The position numbers were made by a program, and so were the translations under genes. The notes beneath the pieces are model-generated. The model made no database searches. It was given only the letters and a program-made list of their open reading frames with translations, and was not told the DNA's origin. A DNA stretch of 64,000 nt, taken from contig OX597823.1 of NCBI GenBank assembly GCA_951406725.2, positions 35,650,001-35,714,000 of the forward strand. Reading direction: 5' to 3'. Below are positions 27,761 through 40,551 of the stretch, piece after piece (position 1 is the stretch's first letter; every line of letters begins with the position of its first letter). The DNA is from Octopus vulgaris. Lineage: Eukaryota.

Positions 27761-28068
27761 ACGACCGGACCTGTGCTGATCACAAAAAGGGCACGCGCCG
27801 GGCAAGAGACCTTATTTACGCTGTTTTTGTATTAATTTATGGTCCATTACTCTCATACAGAGGAAAGTGGTGATCAGGTGTTACAACCACCAGTATTTTT
27901 ATCGAGACACTATGTCTAGAGGGGTTTGTCTCAAAATACTCAAAGGGATTTCTCTCCGCCTAAAAGTTTAAGTAACCTATCCTGCGCTGGATACCAACCT
28001 AGTACTCTGAGCTCAGCCCTTGGTGAAATATATACAATGACAGGGACACTTTTCTCTTTAAGTTGCCA

Positions 28069-28069
<1 letters not shown>

Positions 28070-28147
<78 letters not shown>

Positions 28148-28190
28148 CATTATTATTATCATCATTATCATTATTATTATTATTATCATA
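28070..28190. repeat. (ATT)n microsatellite
   Basis: Direct repeat. Confidence 0.97.
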
Positions 28191-28930
28191 TTCTTCTTCT
28201 TTCAAAATTGTTTTCATTTCTTGCGGAATATCTTCCCAATACCTAGAGCAAAGAAACTAACTGTATACATTGTTAGGCCATTAAAATAACGATACCAGAT
28301 TGTTCATTTACAAATTCATGTGACAGAAAAAAGGTGGAGAAAGACAGAGAAAAATGGAAAAAATGGAAAAAAAGAAGAAATAATGAAAAAGAAAAAGAAA
28401 ATAAAGGGGAACAGGAAAGAAAATTCACAGCGACAATGTGTGACGTACCAGTTACGACAATCTTTTGCACTCCCTGCATAGATGCTAAGACAGGGAACAT
28501 CCTCAAATAATTTTCAGTTCCTGTTTTGATTATTCCAAATGCACCTACAATCACTGGTATTGTAACCGCCTGGAGATGCTTCATTTTTTTTTTCAATCAA
28601 CAAACCTTTTATCCTCATCATTATTATTATTTGATGAAAACTCTCAACCTATTTTGCTGGGTATAATGGAAAGTGTCAGCTGTCCACAGCCAGCTGACTA
28701 AAGAGACACTTGTTTACTGGTCATGCTTCAAGAACCCTGCGAATAATTCTTGCAGTTCCAAGCAATACTGATTTTTGTGTTCTACATTTACATCTGTACC
28801 GACTTTTTGAGCCATGTTAGTAGTTGAGTGCTGATACTTCCAAGTACACCAATTACTATTGGTATCACGTTTACTCTCCTCATTGACCACAACCTTCATA
28901 TTTCCCACTTCAAATCGTCGTAGTTCAGTT
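28190..28930 (-). mobile_element. Two short 3' fragments of R4/Dong-type LINEs
   Basis: HLQAVTIPVIVGAFGIIKTGTENYLRM...VQKIVVTGTSHI (28435-28585) matches the end of the 23683-24863 frame; a second, more decayed endonuclease tail at 28700-28930. Confidence 0.75.
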
Positions 28931-29222
28931 CTTCTTTGTTATTATTATTTTGGACTTGATCAGATTCGATCTTATTCCTGGTAGAAATTATGGGGATACC
29001 AGATTACTACCTGTAACCTTAGGTACACACAAGTTTTCGACAGTCTTTCAAGTGCTTAGAACACTCCTGATAATCTTTGCTGTCGTGATTAGCTCCTCAT
29101 GATTAGCCATTGTGGTACTGTCTTTAATTCTGAAGACACATTAGGAGTTCAGTTTAATATCTTCATCTGTTACACAAAGTTTTCCCTGGTGAAATATATA
29201 TATATGTATATATGTATGAATA

Positions 29223-30482
29223 CAGGGTGTCCCGAATTTAAGGCAACTGAAGATTCGGGCTTTAATAACTATCAAATAAATGTGATAAGATATAAAAATT
29301 ATACATCATTATAAAAGCTTAGTGTGTCTTCATTTTGTTTCAGACTAAACAAATTTAGATTTATAAATTAGATAATGGCTTTAGACCGGAATCCAATCAT
29401 AACCCTTCACAAAGGAGTCGAAAGTAATACAGCTATAGCAAAAAATTAAAATTAACCGAACATTCTGGAAAATGGTCAAACAATTCCAAGAGACTGGTCC
29501 CACTGCTGATCGACCTGGACGTGACTGCAAAAGAAGTGTACGGACCCCTTAGCTTATGAAAAGTACCAGAGAAAAGATACGGCGAAATCCTCGTCGTTCC
29601 GTTAGAAAACTGGCTGCGACAGCAAAAATGAGCCGAATATCGATGTAACGAGTGCTGAAGGAGTATCTCAGGACCCACCCGCCCTCATGAGCTCACGCAA
29701 AGCCATGAGATTGGAGAGAAATCGTCCTATCCTGCGTTAGATTGCCGAAGGCACGCTACCCAATCTGGTGTTCACTGTTGAAAAGAAATTTGACTTCGAA
29801 CAGACAGTAAACCTCCAGAATAACCGACTTTGGAGTGTATTTGGCTCCGTCGTGGGTAGACTCATAAATCGACATTAAAATCCACAGTCAGTTATGTTTT
29901 GGGCGGCTACGATTGCCACTGGAAGTTCTCCTCGCGTTTTGTGTCCTCGGTTGTTAAAATTAACACTTAATGATAAATTAACAACATTCTGGAAGCTGAA
30001 CTACATCCATGGATGAACGAGCATTTTCAAGGCGCACCTTGAAGTCTCCAACAGGACTCGGCATCTTCTCACAGCTCCAAGCAGATACAACACTGGATTC
30101 AGAAAAACATTCCGCCGTTCATAGGCAAGGATGTATGCTCTCCCGAAGTCCCGATCTCGACCCGTTAGATTTTTGTGTTTGGTTCATTTGGGAGAAGAGG
30201 GTCTTGAGTACTCCTCATGCTTTGCTCGAGGCGCTCTAAAAGCAAACCTGCGCCAGGATTGGGATTCGATTACGCAGGAACAGCTGCGTGCCGCGTGTGA
30301 AGCATTTACCCCTAGACTTAAGGCTGTGATTCGAAACAGAGATGGTCATATCGAATAACTGTGGTAGTGTCATAATTGTGTTTCTTTTACCATTGCATTG
30401 CAACGCTCGGACCAGAAATATAACAATGGTTTGCTTTGGCAAAGTTGAAAAAAGTTGGTTGCTTTTATTTTGGAACACCTTG
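29223..30482 (+). mobile_element. Tc1/mariner-superfamily DNA transposon (maT/DD37D-like), decayed transposase
   Basis: TA|CAGGGTGTCC ... GGAACACCTTG|TA ends; RRNPRRSVRKLA, VFTVEKKFD, QQDSASSH, SPDLDPLDFCVW, RLKAVIRNRDGHIE. Confidence 0.9.
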
Positions 30483-31373
30483 TATAGATATATATTGATT
30501 GCCATTCTTGTATATAACTGAATGCATCAGCAGTTTAATGGATAGGAATTTCTTCGGGTACATATATCGGAGTGTCTTCATTACATGGAGTGTAAAATAG
30601 TATTTACTGCGTGCTTACTGGAATGCTAATACATTACTTTACGGCCCTTTACACTTCTTGGCTCTGTTTTTCATGACAGTGATTTCTGAAGTTCCTCGTC
30701 TATTTAAAATGTAATTGCACGTTGCCATACAATATGACTACAATTGAACGATAGAGCTTCGTATGCTATGAGCTGCTATTCTACTAAACAAATGTATCAG
30801 CCATTTATGGTGATTTAAACGTATGAATACAAAGACACATACACACAAGTAAAGAACTCGAAACACTATAATGTGAGAATGTATGAATGTGTATACATAT
30901 GTATACACATGGATATATGCATACATATGTGTGCGTTTGTTTGTGTGTATATATATATATATGTACATATATATACATACTCACACACACATATATATAC
31001 GTACACACACATGCATACATACGTGTGTGAATATCTATGTATGCATATATATCTGTGTGTATATTCGATGTGTGCGAGGCCGTTAACAATGCAGGGTTTT
31101 TATGTTTTAAATAAATGACTTTCTTTTTCGTCTCTAGTTATTTCAGACATGCTATTGCTAACGACTTTTTCTACTCAACTGTTATATTCTCACTACTTCA
31201 TGATGCATCTCACAAAATCCCCCAAATGTATGTATGTATATATATATATATATGTATGTATGTATGTGTGTGTATATATATATATATGTGTGTGTATTAT
31301 ATATATATATATATATATACATACATATATGTATACTTATATACATATTTATCTATTTATTTGTGTTTGTGTT

Positions 31374-31416
<43 letters not shown>

Positions 31417-31739
31417 ATATGTGTGTACGAATGTATATGTATATAGTGTATTTCAGTATTCTTCTCAAAAAATCAATTTCTCGAAAGGCTTCTGGATTTC
31501 ATTTACTTGAATATAAAATAAAAAGGAAAAAAACAATAATTCCTACCATCTTACATTGATTTCATTTCGTGCATTTTAGAAACCCCTCTAAAATTAGGTT
31601 TTCTTTTATTTCATCTTATTTTTGTAATTTTACAGAAATTCGTCAATCGAGTATCACCATTTAGAATTCATCCGATCTTTACATTTCAGTAATTGTCCCT
31701 TTTCTATTTATTATTATTATTATTGTTGCTGTTGTTGCT

Positions 31740-31862
31740 CTTCTTCTTCTTCTTCTTCTTCTTCTTCTTCTTCTTCTTCTTCTTCTTCTTCTTCTTCTTC
31801 TTCTTCTTCTTCTTCTTCTTCTTCTTCTTCTTCTTCTTCTTCTTCTTCTTCTTCTTCTTCTC
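31740..31862. repeat. (TTC)n microsatellite, about 40 units
   Basis: Direct repeat. Confidence 0.98.
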
Positions 31863-32893
31863 CTCATGTTCGGATTTTCTCATAAATAGAGAACAGAGTA
31901 ATAACGAAGAAAAAACTAACTGAAACAACAAAAAAATTAAATAATTGAAATATTTTCAAAGAACAAAGAATAACATAACAAAATCGAGATGACGGAATAT
32001 TCCTGAATGTGAAAATAATATCTCATCATAGCCTAATGTCCTTATATGATTTCCATCCACCATAACGAATCACCTTTACACAATAATTTTCCTCCTGAAT
32101 ATCCGTTTTTACATCTAATAACGTTCTCTTCACGTTGAGGCAAAGGACTACTGCAAATCAAGATCATAAAAGACACTTTTAAAAGTTTCTATTGGAAGCT
32201 CCTAGGTTTTGATTCCAAATCTGTCTTCGATAAAATATGTTGGAAAAATATGTTGTATAGAATACGGAGTTTCGAAAAATCGTGGGACATTTTATCTTCT
32301 GACTTCAGATCTTTCTCAACATCCTGGGGTCGATAAAGTAAGGATCAATAGATTTACATTCCTTTAGAGCAATGAATTAAATTTTAACAGTTGATTAGTC
32401 AACTAAAATGTTTACCGGGTACAATACAATCTCAATTCTTGGTTGAAATTTCACTTAAAACTGACAGATTATTTCATAGAAAAAGGTATGGATAAGCTAG
32501 GTTCTATATAAGATATAAAACTATTGACGTAATTCGAAAATACATAAAAGAAACACAATAAAACAAATGTAGATACAGGCTGGGCCCTTAGTCCCAATTG
32601 TGGAATACAAATTTCATTCCAAAATAATTAATTATCTAGCATCTCTCCTTGATGATTCTGAGATCGAATTCTTCAGGTATAATAAAATATCAGTAATATA
32701 AATGCGCATTCTTTTTTAACTAGTATACCCGTGACGTCGAAAATGCCTATTAGTTCTATTAATGATAGAAACTAGGGCATCAACACAATGGGAAAAACCA
32801 ATGACAAATGTCAGCAATTTAGTAAACATTTACAAACACAGAATTGAAGCACTTAAAGAATAAGATACAATTGTAACGTCTCAATTGAAAATA

Positions 32894-32972
<79 letters not shown>

Positions 32973-33169
32973 GCATGTATGTATATATATATACATTTAT
33001 TTATATTAAGGGCATTACTATACATAAATGCCTCACACTTGGAGGGACTCTTAAAGTCAAAATTACCATAATAAACACATTGTACCGAACGCGAGGGAAT
33101 ACAACTCTCGAAGCGAGACTTTTAAAATAGATTCAGCTGCAGATCATTTTTATGTGCCTTGATTATGCA

Positions 33170-33227
33170 TGCACTGACGATTAAAAAATGCATTTTGTGC
33201 ACTAAGTATGAAATCATATGATCTGCA
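33170..33227 (+). ncRNA. Type I hammerhead ribozyme motif within a (TA)n-flanked fold-back element (~33000-33343)
   Basis: tgca-CTGACGA-[tta..tgca ttttg tgca c taa gtat]-GAAA-tcatatga-TC-tgca; canonical core, palindromic stem III, AUC triplet; stem II partly decayed. Confidence 0.72.
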
Positions 33228-33340
33228 GCTGAATCTGTTTTTAAAAGGCTTTAATATATTTAAAGGGAATAATTAATAAATTTTTCCCTTATGAGGTTTT
33301 TTCACGCTAACTACTTGATAATTTCTTATAAAGATTTTAT

Positions 33341-33372
<32 letters not shown>

Positions 33373-33375
<3 letters not shown>

Positions 33376-34598
33376 GGTGCGTAAGATATTTGAGGATAGA
33401 TTTATGTTTATAAAAAAAAAACAGATATATAATAACAGTTAATAACTTTATTTATCAAAAAATGCTATGAGGATATAAAAAACCTTTTCTCTAATGTTAT
33501 TCGATAAAGTCACCTTCAGCTTCAACAACTGCTTCTGTACGAGATCTATATCATCTACATGTTCGAATCATGTATTCCTAGTTCATTTTGGATATTACTC
33601 TGACTATGGCAGCTTTCAAACAATCTTTGGTGTTATGGGCATGTTCATTGACTTCTCTCTCAACAACGCTCCACTGGATTGAGATCTGGGGAATTAGGAC
33701 GCCAAATGTTATGTGTTATATGATCGTGAAAATTTTCAGCCATCCATTTCTGTGTCATTGTGCAGAGTCTTACTGTGTCATAGTGCAGAGTCTTACTGAA
33801 ATATATATGGCCTTCCATTGCATAAACTGTCTATCCAGGGCTTAACAATTATTTCCAGGAGTTCAATGTAGGTTGTAGACTTAATTCTAAGGCCTTGTGG
33901 AAAGAAGTAAGGAGGCATCACATGTCCTTCATTGATGACTATCCCTAAAGCCATGACAGTTACAGAAAATTTTGTATGCATAAAACTTGGAACTTGAGAA
34001 GGGTCTGCACATAATCATCTATCATTTCTTCTGTTAACTTTTTGATCTAGGTCAAAGTTTTTCTCATTTGAGAAAAACCAAAAATTAAAACTTCTTTTTC
34101 TGGATTTTTCAATTTGTTTAAAAGCCTTTTGGATTAGATGTAGTGATTTTCTTTTGCTATTTCTGACAAATTCACTTTTCCTCATCATATAAGACATATC
34201 TCTGATGTCTTCGTGGACAACATTTCTGACTGTTCCTTCTGATGCATGGAGATCTTTTGCAATTGACCTCATGGAATTTCTGGGATTGTAATCAATGGTC
34301 TGTTGAACTTGTTGGATAAATTCAGGTGTTCTGATAATTTCAGAGCGTTTAGTATGCTCTTTTTATGCTTTGATAATGGTAATACGTTTCCGTCGTCAGT
34401 CTCTAGCTACTTACAAAATTTGTCGATGAAAGACCTGGCAACTTTTAAAAAGTCGAGATATTTCTAAATTGCTATGCTCAGCCTCTATAACCATAATAAC
34501 AGTATGCCTCTTAATTTCTGAAACAAAGATTATACAGTTAGCAAAAAATGCAGCAATGACCTTAAAAAGGTATATCTTCAAATACCTTACGTACCCTG
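33373..34598 (-). mobile_element. Tc1/mariner (maT-like) DNA transposon in (TA)n
   Basis: TIRs CAGGGTGCGTAAGATATTTGAGGATA / TATCTTCAAATACCTTACGTACCCTG with TA flanks; MRSIAKDL, FSNEKNFD..KVNRRNDR, VMALGIV..EGHVMPP, RPYIFQ*DSA, WRPNSPDLNP. Confidence 0.92.
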
Positions 34599-34624
34599 TA
34601 TATGTATATATGTATATATATATA

Positions 34625-34835
34625 TGTTTGTGTGCCTGTGTTTGTCCCCACCCTCGCTTTACAACCGATGTTGGTGTGTTTACGCCCACGTAACTTAGAG
34701 GTTCGGCAAAAGGGAAAGATAGAATAAATAGTAGGTGTACAAAGAATAAGTCTTGGGGTCGATTTGTTCGACTAAAGTGCTCCAGCATGGCCGTAGTCAA
34801 ATGACTGAAACAAAGAAAGGAATAAAAGAAAGAGT
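34625..34835 (+). mobile_element. SINE family B, 3' half
   Basis: Homologous to 7160-7380. Confidence 0.85.
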
Positions 34836-34838
34836 GTA

Positions 34839-34908
<70 letters not shown>

Positions 34909-35102
34909 CATACATACGTACAATAAAGGTCAAGCTTCTTTCAGATTCCATCCACCTATTCACATAGCTTTTTTCGGCCCATTGACATAGTGGAATACTA
35001 TATATATATATATATATATAAAAAGTTGAGTTGTGGGGTATCGCACGAGTGGGATTATATAAGAAAAAAGGTTTGAAAATGCAATTTAAACGATGTTTAT
35101 TT

Positions 35103-35143
35103 ACTTAACCGGTTTCACTCTTTGGTAAAAGATTGTCAAAAGT
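35103..35143 (-). ncRNA. Minimal HHR motif (U3-A8), left arm copy
   Basis: Mirror image of 35853-35893. Confidence 0.55.
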
Positions 35144-35852
35144 TACATTTAAGGAAACATTGAATAATATGGGTTCAAAAAAGTTTTTTACATAATTGTC
35201 ACATTGAATATTATGCATTCAAAAAAGTTTTTTACATAATTGTCACATTGGATATTATGAATTCAAAAATGTTTTTTTATACATAATTGTCACATTACAT
35301 GTATAACAGCAGGCACGGACACATCTATTCACACCCGCATACTAACCTCCTGATAACCCCAAAATCATTCATGCATAAAGGGGAAGTATACACCACATTG
35401 GCTACTTCTTCTGTTCTCTCAGTTCAGCCTTTCTGCTAATACTGACAGGTCAGTAAAAACATACTTAAAATATTCTGAGATGTACAAAAAATCCATTTTA
35501 ATTTTTGCTGTCAAAACGCTGTATATATATACCAAAGATTGTATATATATACATGTAATGTGACAATTTGCGACAACCAATAATTAACGCAACCAATTCC
35601 CAATAATATATTTGTTTTATCCTTTTCTGCCAAATTTTCCCAAATATTCTCATCACACTATTGAACTTCTCTGTTACCAAACACTATATTTATACATGTA
35701 ATGTGACAATTATGTATAAAAAAACATTTTTGAATTCATAATATCCAATGTGACAATTATGTAAAAAACTTTTTTGAATGCATAATATTCAATGTGACAA
35801 TTATGTAAAAAACTTTTTTGAACCCATATTATTCAATGTTTCCTTAAATGTA

Positions 35853-35893
35853 ACTTTTGACAATCTTTTACCAAAGAGTGAAACCGGTTAAGT
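35853..35893 (+). ncRNA. Minimal HHR motif (U3-A8), right arm copy
   Basis: actt-TTGACAA-tcttt(tacc)aaaga gt-GAAA-ccgg-TT-aagt; 4-bp stem I, 5-bp stem II with 2 extra nt, palindromic stem III. Confidence 0.55.
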
Positions 35894-35932
35894 AAATAAA
35901 CATCGTTTAAATTGCATTTTCAAACCTTTTTT

Positions 35933-35968
<36 letters not shown>

Positions 35969-35971
<3 letters not shown>

Positions 35972-36545
35972 CATATATAAGAGTGTATAAGTATTTATAT
36001 ACGGAGAGGAGACCCTTGACAAGACGCCTTACGTGATACAAAAGGCAGCGAAACTCAAACTACGAAAAAGAGTAAATTCAAAAAGAATGAAAACAACAAT
36101 TATTTATAGTTAATCCCAAACTCGAGTTTCTGTATTAATGAACAAATAAATTAATTTGTCATCCGCACTTCCTCAGTGGGTCGCTAAGGCAATGAATAAT
36201 TATGTAGCTATGCGTACCTTATGTTTTCAAATCAACCGCACAAGTGCAGTCACATAGTCATTAGCAAATAATAAAATGAAAACTGCGTATCAAAAGGCTT
36301 TGAAATTATTAAAATTTTACTGTGAAAATTTAAGGGTAGAAAATTTAGAAAAATTTCATAACGGTGGCTAGCGCGCGTAATAAAAGTCAATATACAACAT
36401 GTTTTCATATATAAGAATGCATAAGTATTTATACACAGAGAGGTGACACTTGACAGGAAGCGTTACATGCTATTGACTTTTATTACGCATGCTAGCCGCC
36501 GATATAAAAAATTTTCTAAATTTTCTACCGTTATAATTTTCATAT
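35969..36545 (-). mobile_element. Non-coding PLE/retrozyme-like element with terminal direct repeat and 5' inversion
   Basis: ~70-bp direct repeat 35969-36038 / 36403-36472; inverted repeat ~36320-36391 / 36471-36545; HHR inside; (TA)n on both sides. Confidence 0.7.
36115..36180 (-). ncRNA. Type I hammerhead ribozyme motif
   Basis: ccca-CTGAGGA-[a gtg cgg atga caaat taattt atttg t tcat taa tac a]-GAAA-ctcgag-TT-tggg; canonical core, long stem II, palindromic stem III. Confidence 0.78.
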
Positions 36546-36982
36546 TATATATATATATGTTTAGTTGACGAGTTAAGAATATTTATGACCACACCTAGTC
36601 ATGAGCTGTCAACTCACTCTTGCCCTTCATTCTAAACAGATACAGTACTCTAGTCTTAGATTTAGTAGTTGATAAAAAGACAAACAAATTGGAAATGCAC
36701 CACAATCCTTTACAAACTATGACACCAGTAAGCTTCATGCATTTCTTGGAAGTGTAGTATATTCTTAGCTACAATAGCGACAACATGGATTTCTTCCATC
36801 TTTGTGCTCTGTTAACGTATTTGAGTAAAATTATATTAATGTGTCCGACTGATTAAAGTTCTATTTGAGCAGCTGATGATAGTCCTACATTTAAATTGAT
36901 ATAATAATTGCATAGTTCAATTAAAAGAAGCTGCTTGAAACGGTCGTCATCATCACTTCTTGATATTCTGTTACTTATTTTG

Positions 36983-37031
<49 letters not shown>

Positions 37032-37159
37032 TTACATAATATATGTAATATGTATAAATGTATGTGTAGCTATTGAATGTGTACAAATCAGATAAGTGCC
37101 AAGCATATTACAGCCTACTAATAAATTCCAGGCTTAAGCGAAACGTTTTTGTATAACAT

Positions 37160-37367
37160 ATTCTTTTACTTGTTTCAGTCATTTGATTGTGGCCATGCTG
37201 GAGCACCGCCTTTAGTCGAGCAAATCGACCCCAGGATTTATTCTTTGTAAGCCTAGTACTTATTCTATCTGTCTCTTTTGCCGAACCGCTAAGTTACGGG
37301 GACGTAAACACACCAGCATCGGTTGTCAAGCGATGTTGGGGAGACAGACACACAAACATAGACGCAC

Positions 37368-37412
<45 letters not shown>

Positions 37413-37527
37413 AGGCTTTGGTCGGCCCAAGGCTATAGTAGAAGACATTTGCCCACGGTGCCACGCAGTGGGACTGAAACCGCAACCATGTGGTTGGTAA
37501 GCAAGCTACTTACTACACAGCCACTCT
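37160..37527 (-). mobile_element. SINE family B, near-complete copy
   Basis: tRNA-like head (GAGTGGCTGTGTAGTAAG..GGTTTCAGTCCC), internal (GT)n, 3' tail GACCCC..GCTCCAGCATGGCC..GAAACAAGTAAAA. Confidence 0.9.
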
Positions 37528-37591
37528 AATATGGGTAAATTAAGAAGTGGAGTGAATACCAAGTGTTATTTAAATAACATATAAATACTTA

Positions 37592-37720
37592 CATTGTTTC
37601 ATACGATCAACTCACATCCATAAACCACGTTACTAATAGTTTCACGTACTTGGGTTTCAATGCATATGAAACTATTACTAGCATGGTTCATGTGTGTGAG
37701 GTGATCGTATAGAACAAAAT
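37592..37720. repeat. Imperfect hairpin with ~53-bp arms
   Basis: CATTGTTTCATACGATCAACTCACA...AATAGTTTCA versus TGAAACTATT...TGTGAGGTGATCGTATAGAACAAAATG. Confidence 0.85.
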
Positions 37721-37791
37721 GTTTACTCTCGCCAGACGGAGTACTCTTTTTGTTGAACGCTGTTACAGGGATCAATTCATTATATATATAG

Positions 37792-38560
37792 ACATGGTTT
37801 CATGCGGCAGGATTCAAGAAAATTTGGCCAACTACAAACATCCCACGCAGATCCTGCAGACAAGGCCTGCTGAGTGAAGCAGATGATTAGGAATGCGCTG
37901 CAGATCTCCCTGAGTGGAACGACTAACCAGAGATCATCAAGAAGACCGGCTCGAGATCCGACATAGTGCTCCACTCCCAGAATGCCAAGATCCTCCTGAT
38001 CGAACTCACTGTACCTTACGAAACCAGGAGTGAAGATGCCCATGTCTACAAGATAGAAAAGTACGCCGACTTGGCCAGAGATATGAGGGACGCTGGATTC
38101 AAAACCAATGTCTCCGCAGTCAAGGTTGGCGCCAACGGATTTGTAGGCTCATCTGGCTACAACCTCAAGAAACAACTGGCCATCTCTCGAAGAAGCAGGA
38201 CTAGAACCTTGAGAGCCATGGGAGAAGCGGCGAAGGCTTCAAGTTGGATCTGGTCTAGAAGGATCAAAGGCCAACTTCATAAGGCTTAATTTGTCCCAGT
38301 TCAAGCGAGTACCAAATTGGCGTAGTCGTGTAAACTGCGCCTCTGGAGCCGGCGATCCGGATTCGAATTCCGCTAGGTCGTCCGAGCGCTCACCAGTGCA
38401 CCCAGCTGGAAGCGGGTACTTAGCCGTTCTCAGGACCGCAGCACACGTCACAGCAGTGCTTGAAACCAGAGAAACCAATCCCACCTAAGGCGTACTAAGT
38501 CAGAGGTTAAGGGCCGAAACACTTGCCTAAAGGGGGTTTCTCCTCTGAGGACCACCTGTT
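37792..38560 (+). mobile_element. 3' end of a Hero/NeSL-like non-LTR retrotransposon (restriction-like endonuclease + 3' UTR)
   Basis: RSDIVLHS..LLIELTVPYE..EDAHVYKIEKYADL..AVKVGANGF..A.KASSWIW; starts right after a short (TA)n. Confidence 0.85.
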
Positions 38561-38579
38561 GTTACGCTCTCCCCGAGTT

Positions 38580-40551
38580 TCTCGAAGAAGGAGAAATAAG
38601 CTATATGAAATCTCTGAGCGAGATGTAAACAGTACCAATACGGAATCGTAACATAAAATTGCCAACCAAGTCTGACGTCCTATACCAGACTGTGTTACTC
38701 ATGTTTATAGACGTCTCTACCAGCTGGCTAACGACACACATTCTGTGTCCGATTAGTGTTTCTGAGGCGAGGTAAGCTCTCCCATCCGTAGCCTTATGTG
38801 ATACACAAGAACTCGAGTTTCTAGGTGGTTACCCGGCCTCCGTGAATGTTAATCATATCATAGTGATGAAAAGTCACTCCACTCGCAAAATACTATATGC
38901 TTTTCCAGCTACAAACCGTCGCTGATTTGGAAAAAGGAGAAATAAGCTATATTAAATCTCTGAGCAAGATGTAAACAGTAGCAATAAGGAATTGTAACAT
39001 ATAATTGCCAAACAAATTTGACGTCCTATACGGAATGTGCTAAAGACGTTTATAGCCCTAGGAAGATATATCTACCAGCTGGCTAACGACACATATTCTG
39101 TGTCCGATTAGTGTTTGCGAAGGAAATCAGCGCTTCCATCTCTCGCCTTATATGATACACAAGGACTCGAGTTTCTCGGTGGCTATTTGTCCAAGGGGTA
39201 TGTTAATCACCAGCTCGTGATGAAAACTCACTCCACTCGCAAAATACTAGGTTTTTCTAGCGACAAACCGTCGCTGATCTCGAAAATGGAGTAATAAGCT
39301 ATATTAAATCTCTGAGTGAGAGGTAAACAGTAGCAATACAAAATCGTAAGATGTAATTGCCAACCAAATGTGGCATCCTATATGGGACAGTGGTACTGAC
39401 GTTTATAGCGCTGGGAAGACATCACTACCAGGAGGCTAACGACAGTCATTCTGTGTCCGATTAGTATTTGCTAGAGGAGGTCATTGCTCCCATCCTTAAC
39501 CTTGTGTGATACACATGGACTCAATTTTTTAAGTGGTTACCCGTCTTTAGCGTGTGTTAATCACTAGCTAGTGATGAGAATCCACTCCACTCTCAAAATA
39601 CTATATGTTTTTTTTCCAGCGACAATCCGTTGCTGATCTCGAAAAGGTAGAAATAAGCTATTTTAATGTATGAGCGAGATGTAAACAGTAGCAATACAGA
39701 ATCGTATCATATATATGCCAACCAGCTTGGATGTCCTATACGGGACAGTGCTACTGACGTTTATAGCCCCAGGAAGACATCTCTACCAGCTGGCTAACGA
39801 CAAACATTCTATGTCCGGTTAGTATTTGTGGCGGGAGCTCATCGATCTCATCCATAGCCTTACGTACTACACACGGACTCGAGTTTCTAGGCGATTACTC
39901 GTCCTCAGTGTGTGTTAATCACCAGCTATTGAATCGTAACATGTAATTACGGAATCGTAACATATAATTGCCAGCCAAATGTGGCGTCCTATATGGGACA
40001 GTAGTACTGACGTTTATAGCACTAGGAAGACATCTTTACCAGCTGGCTAACGACACACATTCTTTGCCCCATTAGTATTTTCGAGGGGAGCTCAGTGCTC
40101 CCATCCGTAGCCTTATGTGATACAAAAGGGCTAGAGCTTCTGAGTAGTTACCCGGCTTCAGCGTGTGTTAATCACATGGTAGTGATGAAAAATCACTCCA
40201 CTTGCAAAATACTACATGCTTTTTCCACCGACAAACCGTCGCTGATCTGGAAAAAGGAGAAATAAGCTATATTAATTATCTGGGTGAGATGTAAATAGTA
40301 GCAATAAGGAATTGTAACATATAACTGCCAACCAATAATATAGCCTGTTTCTCCTTTTTTGTGGTCAGCTTCGCAATACTGATCAGCTCGCAAATACTAA
40401 TCGGACACAGAATGTATGTCATTCTGAGATGTCTTCCTGGGGCTATAAACCTCGGTAGCTTTTTCCCGTATAGAACAGCACACTTGGTTGGCAATTATTT
40501 GTTACGATTCTGTATTGCTACTGTTTACATCTCGCTCAGAGATTTAATACA

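Larger units (their letters stand above)
35056..35940. repeat. ~250-bp apparently perfect inverted repeat (35056-35304 / 35691-35940) with ~385-bp spacer, between (TA)n tracts
   Basis: Arms are reverse complements by eye; each contains three ~40-bp subrepeats (TACATAATTGTCACATT) and one HHR-like motif. Confidence 0.95.

Noticed and set aside
38505-38560. GAAAC...CTGAGGA in the Hero-like 3' UTR
   Set aside because: The order would require a type II HHR, but the stems do not form; GAAAC pairs with GTTTC instead.
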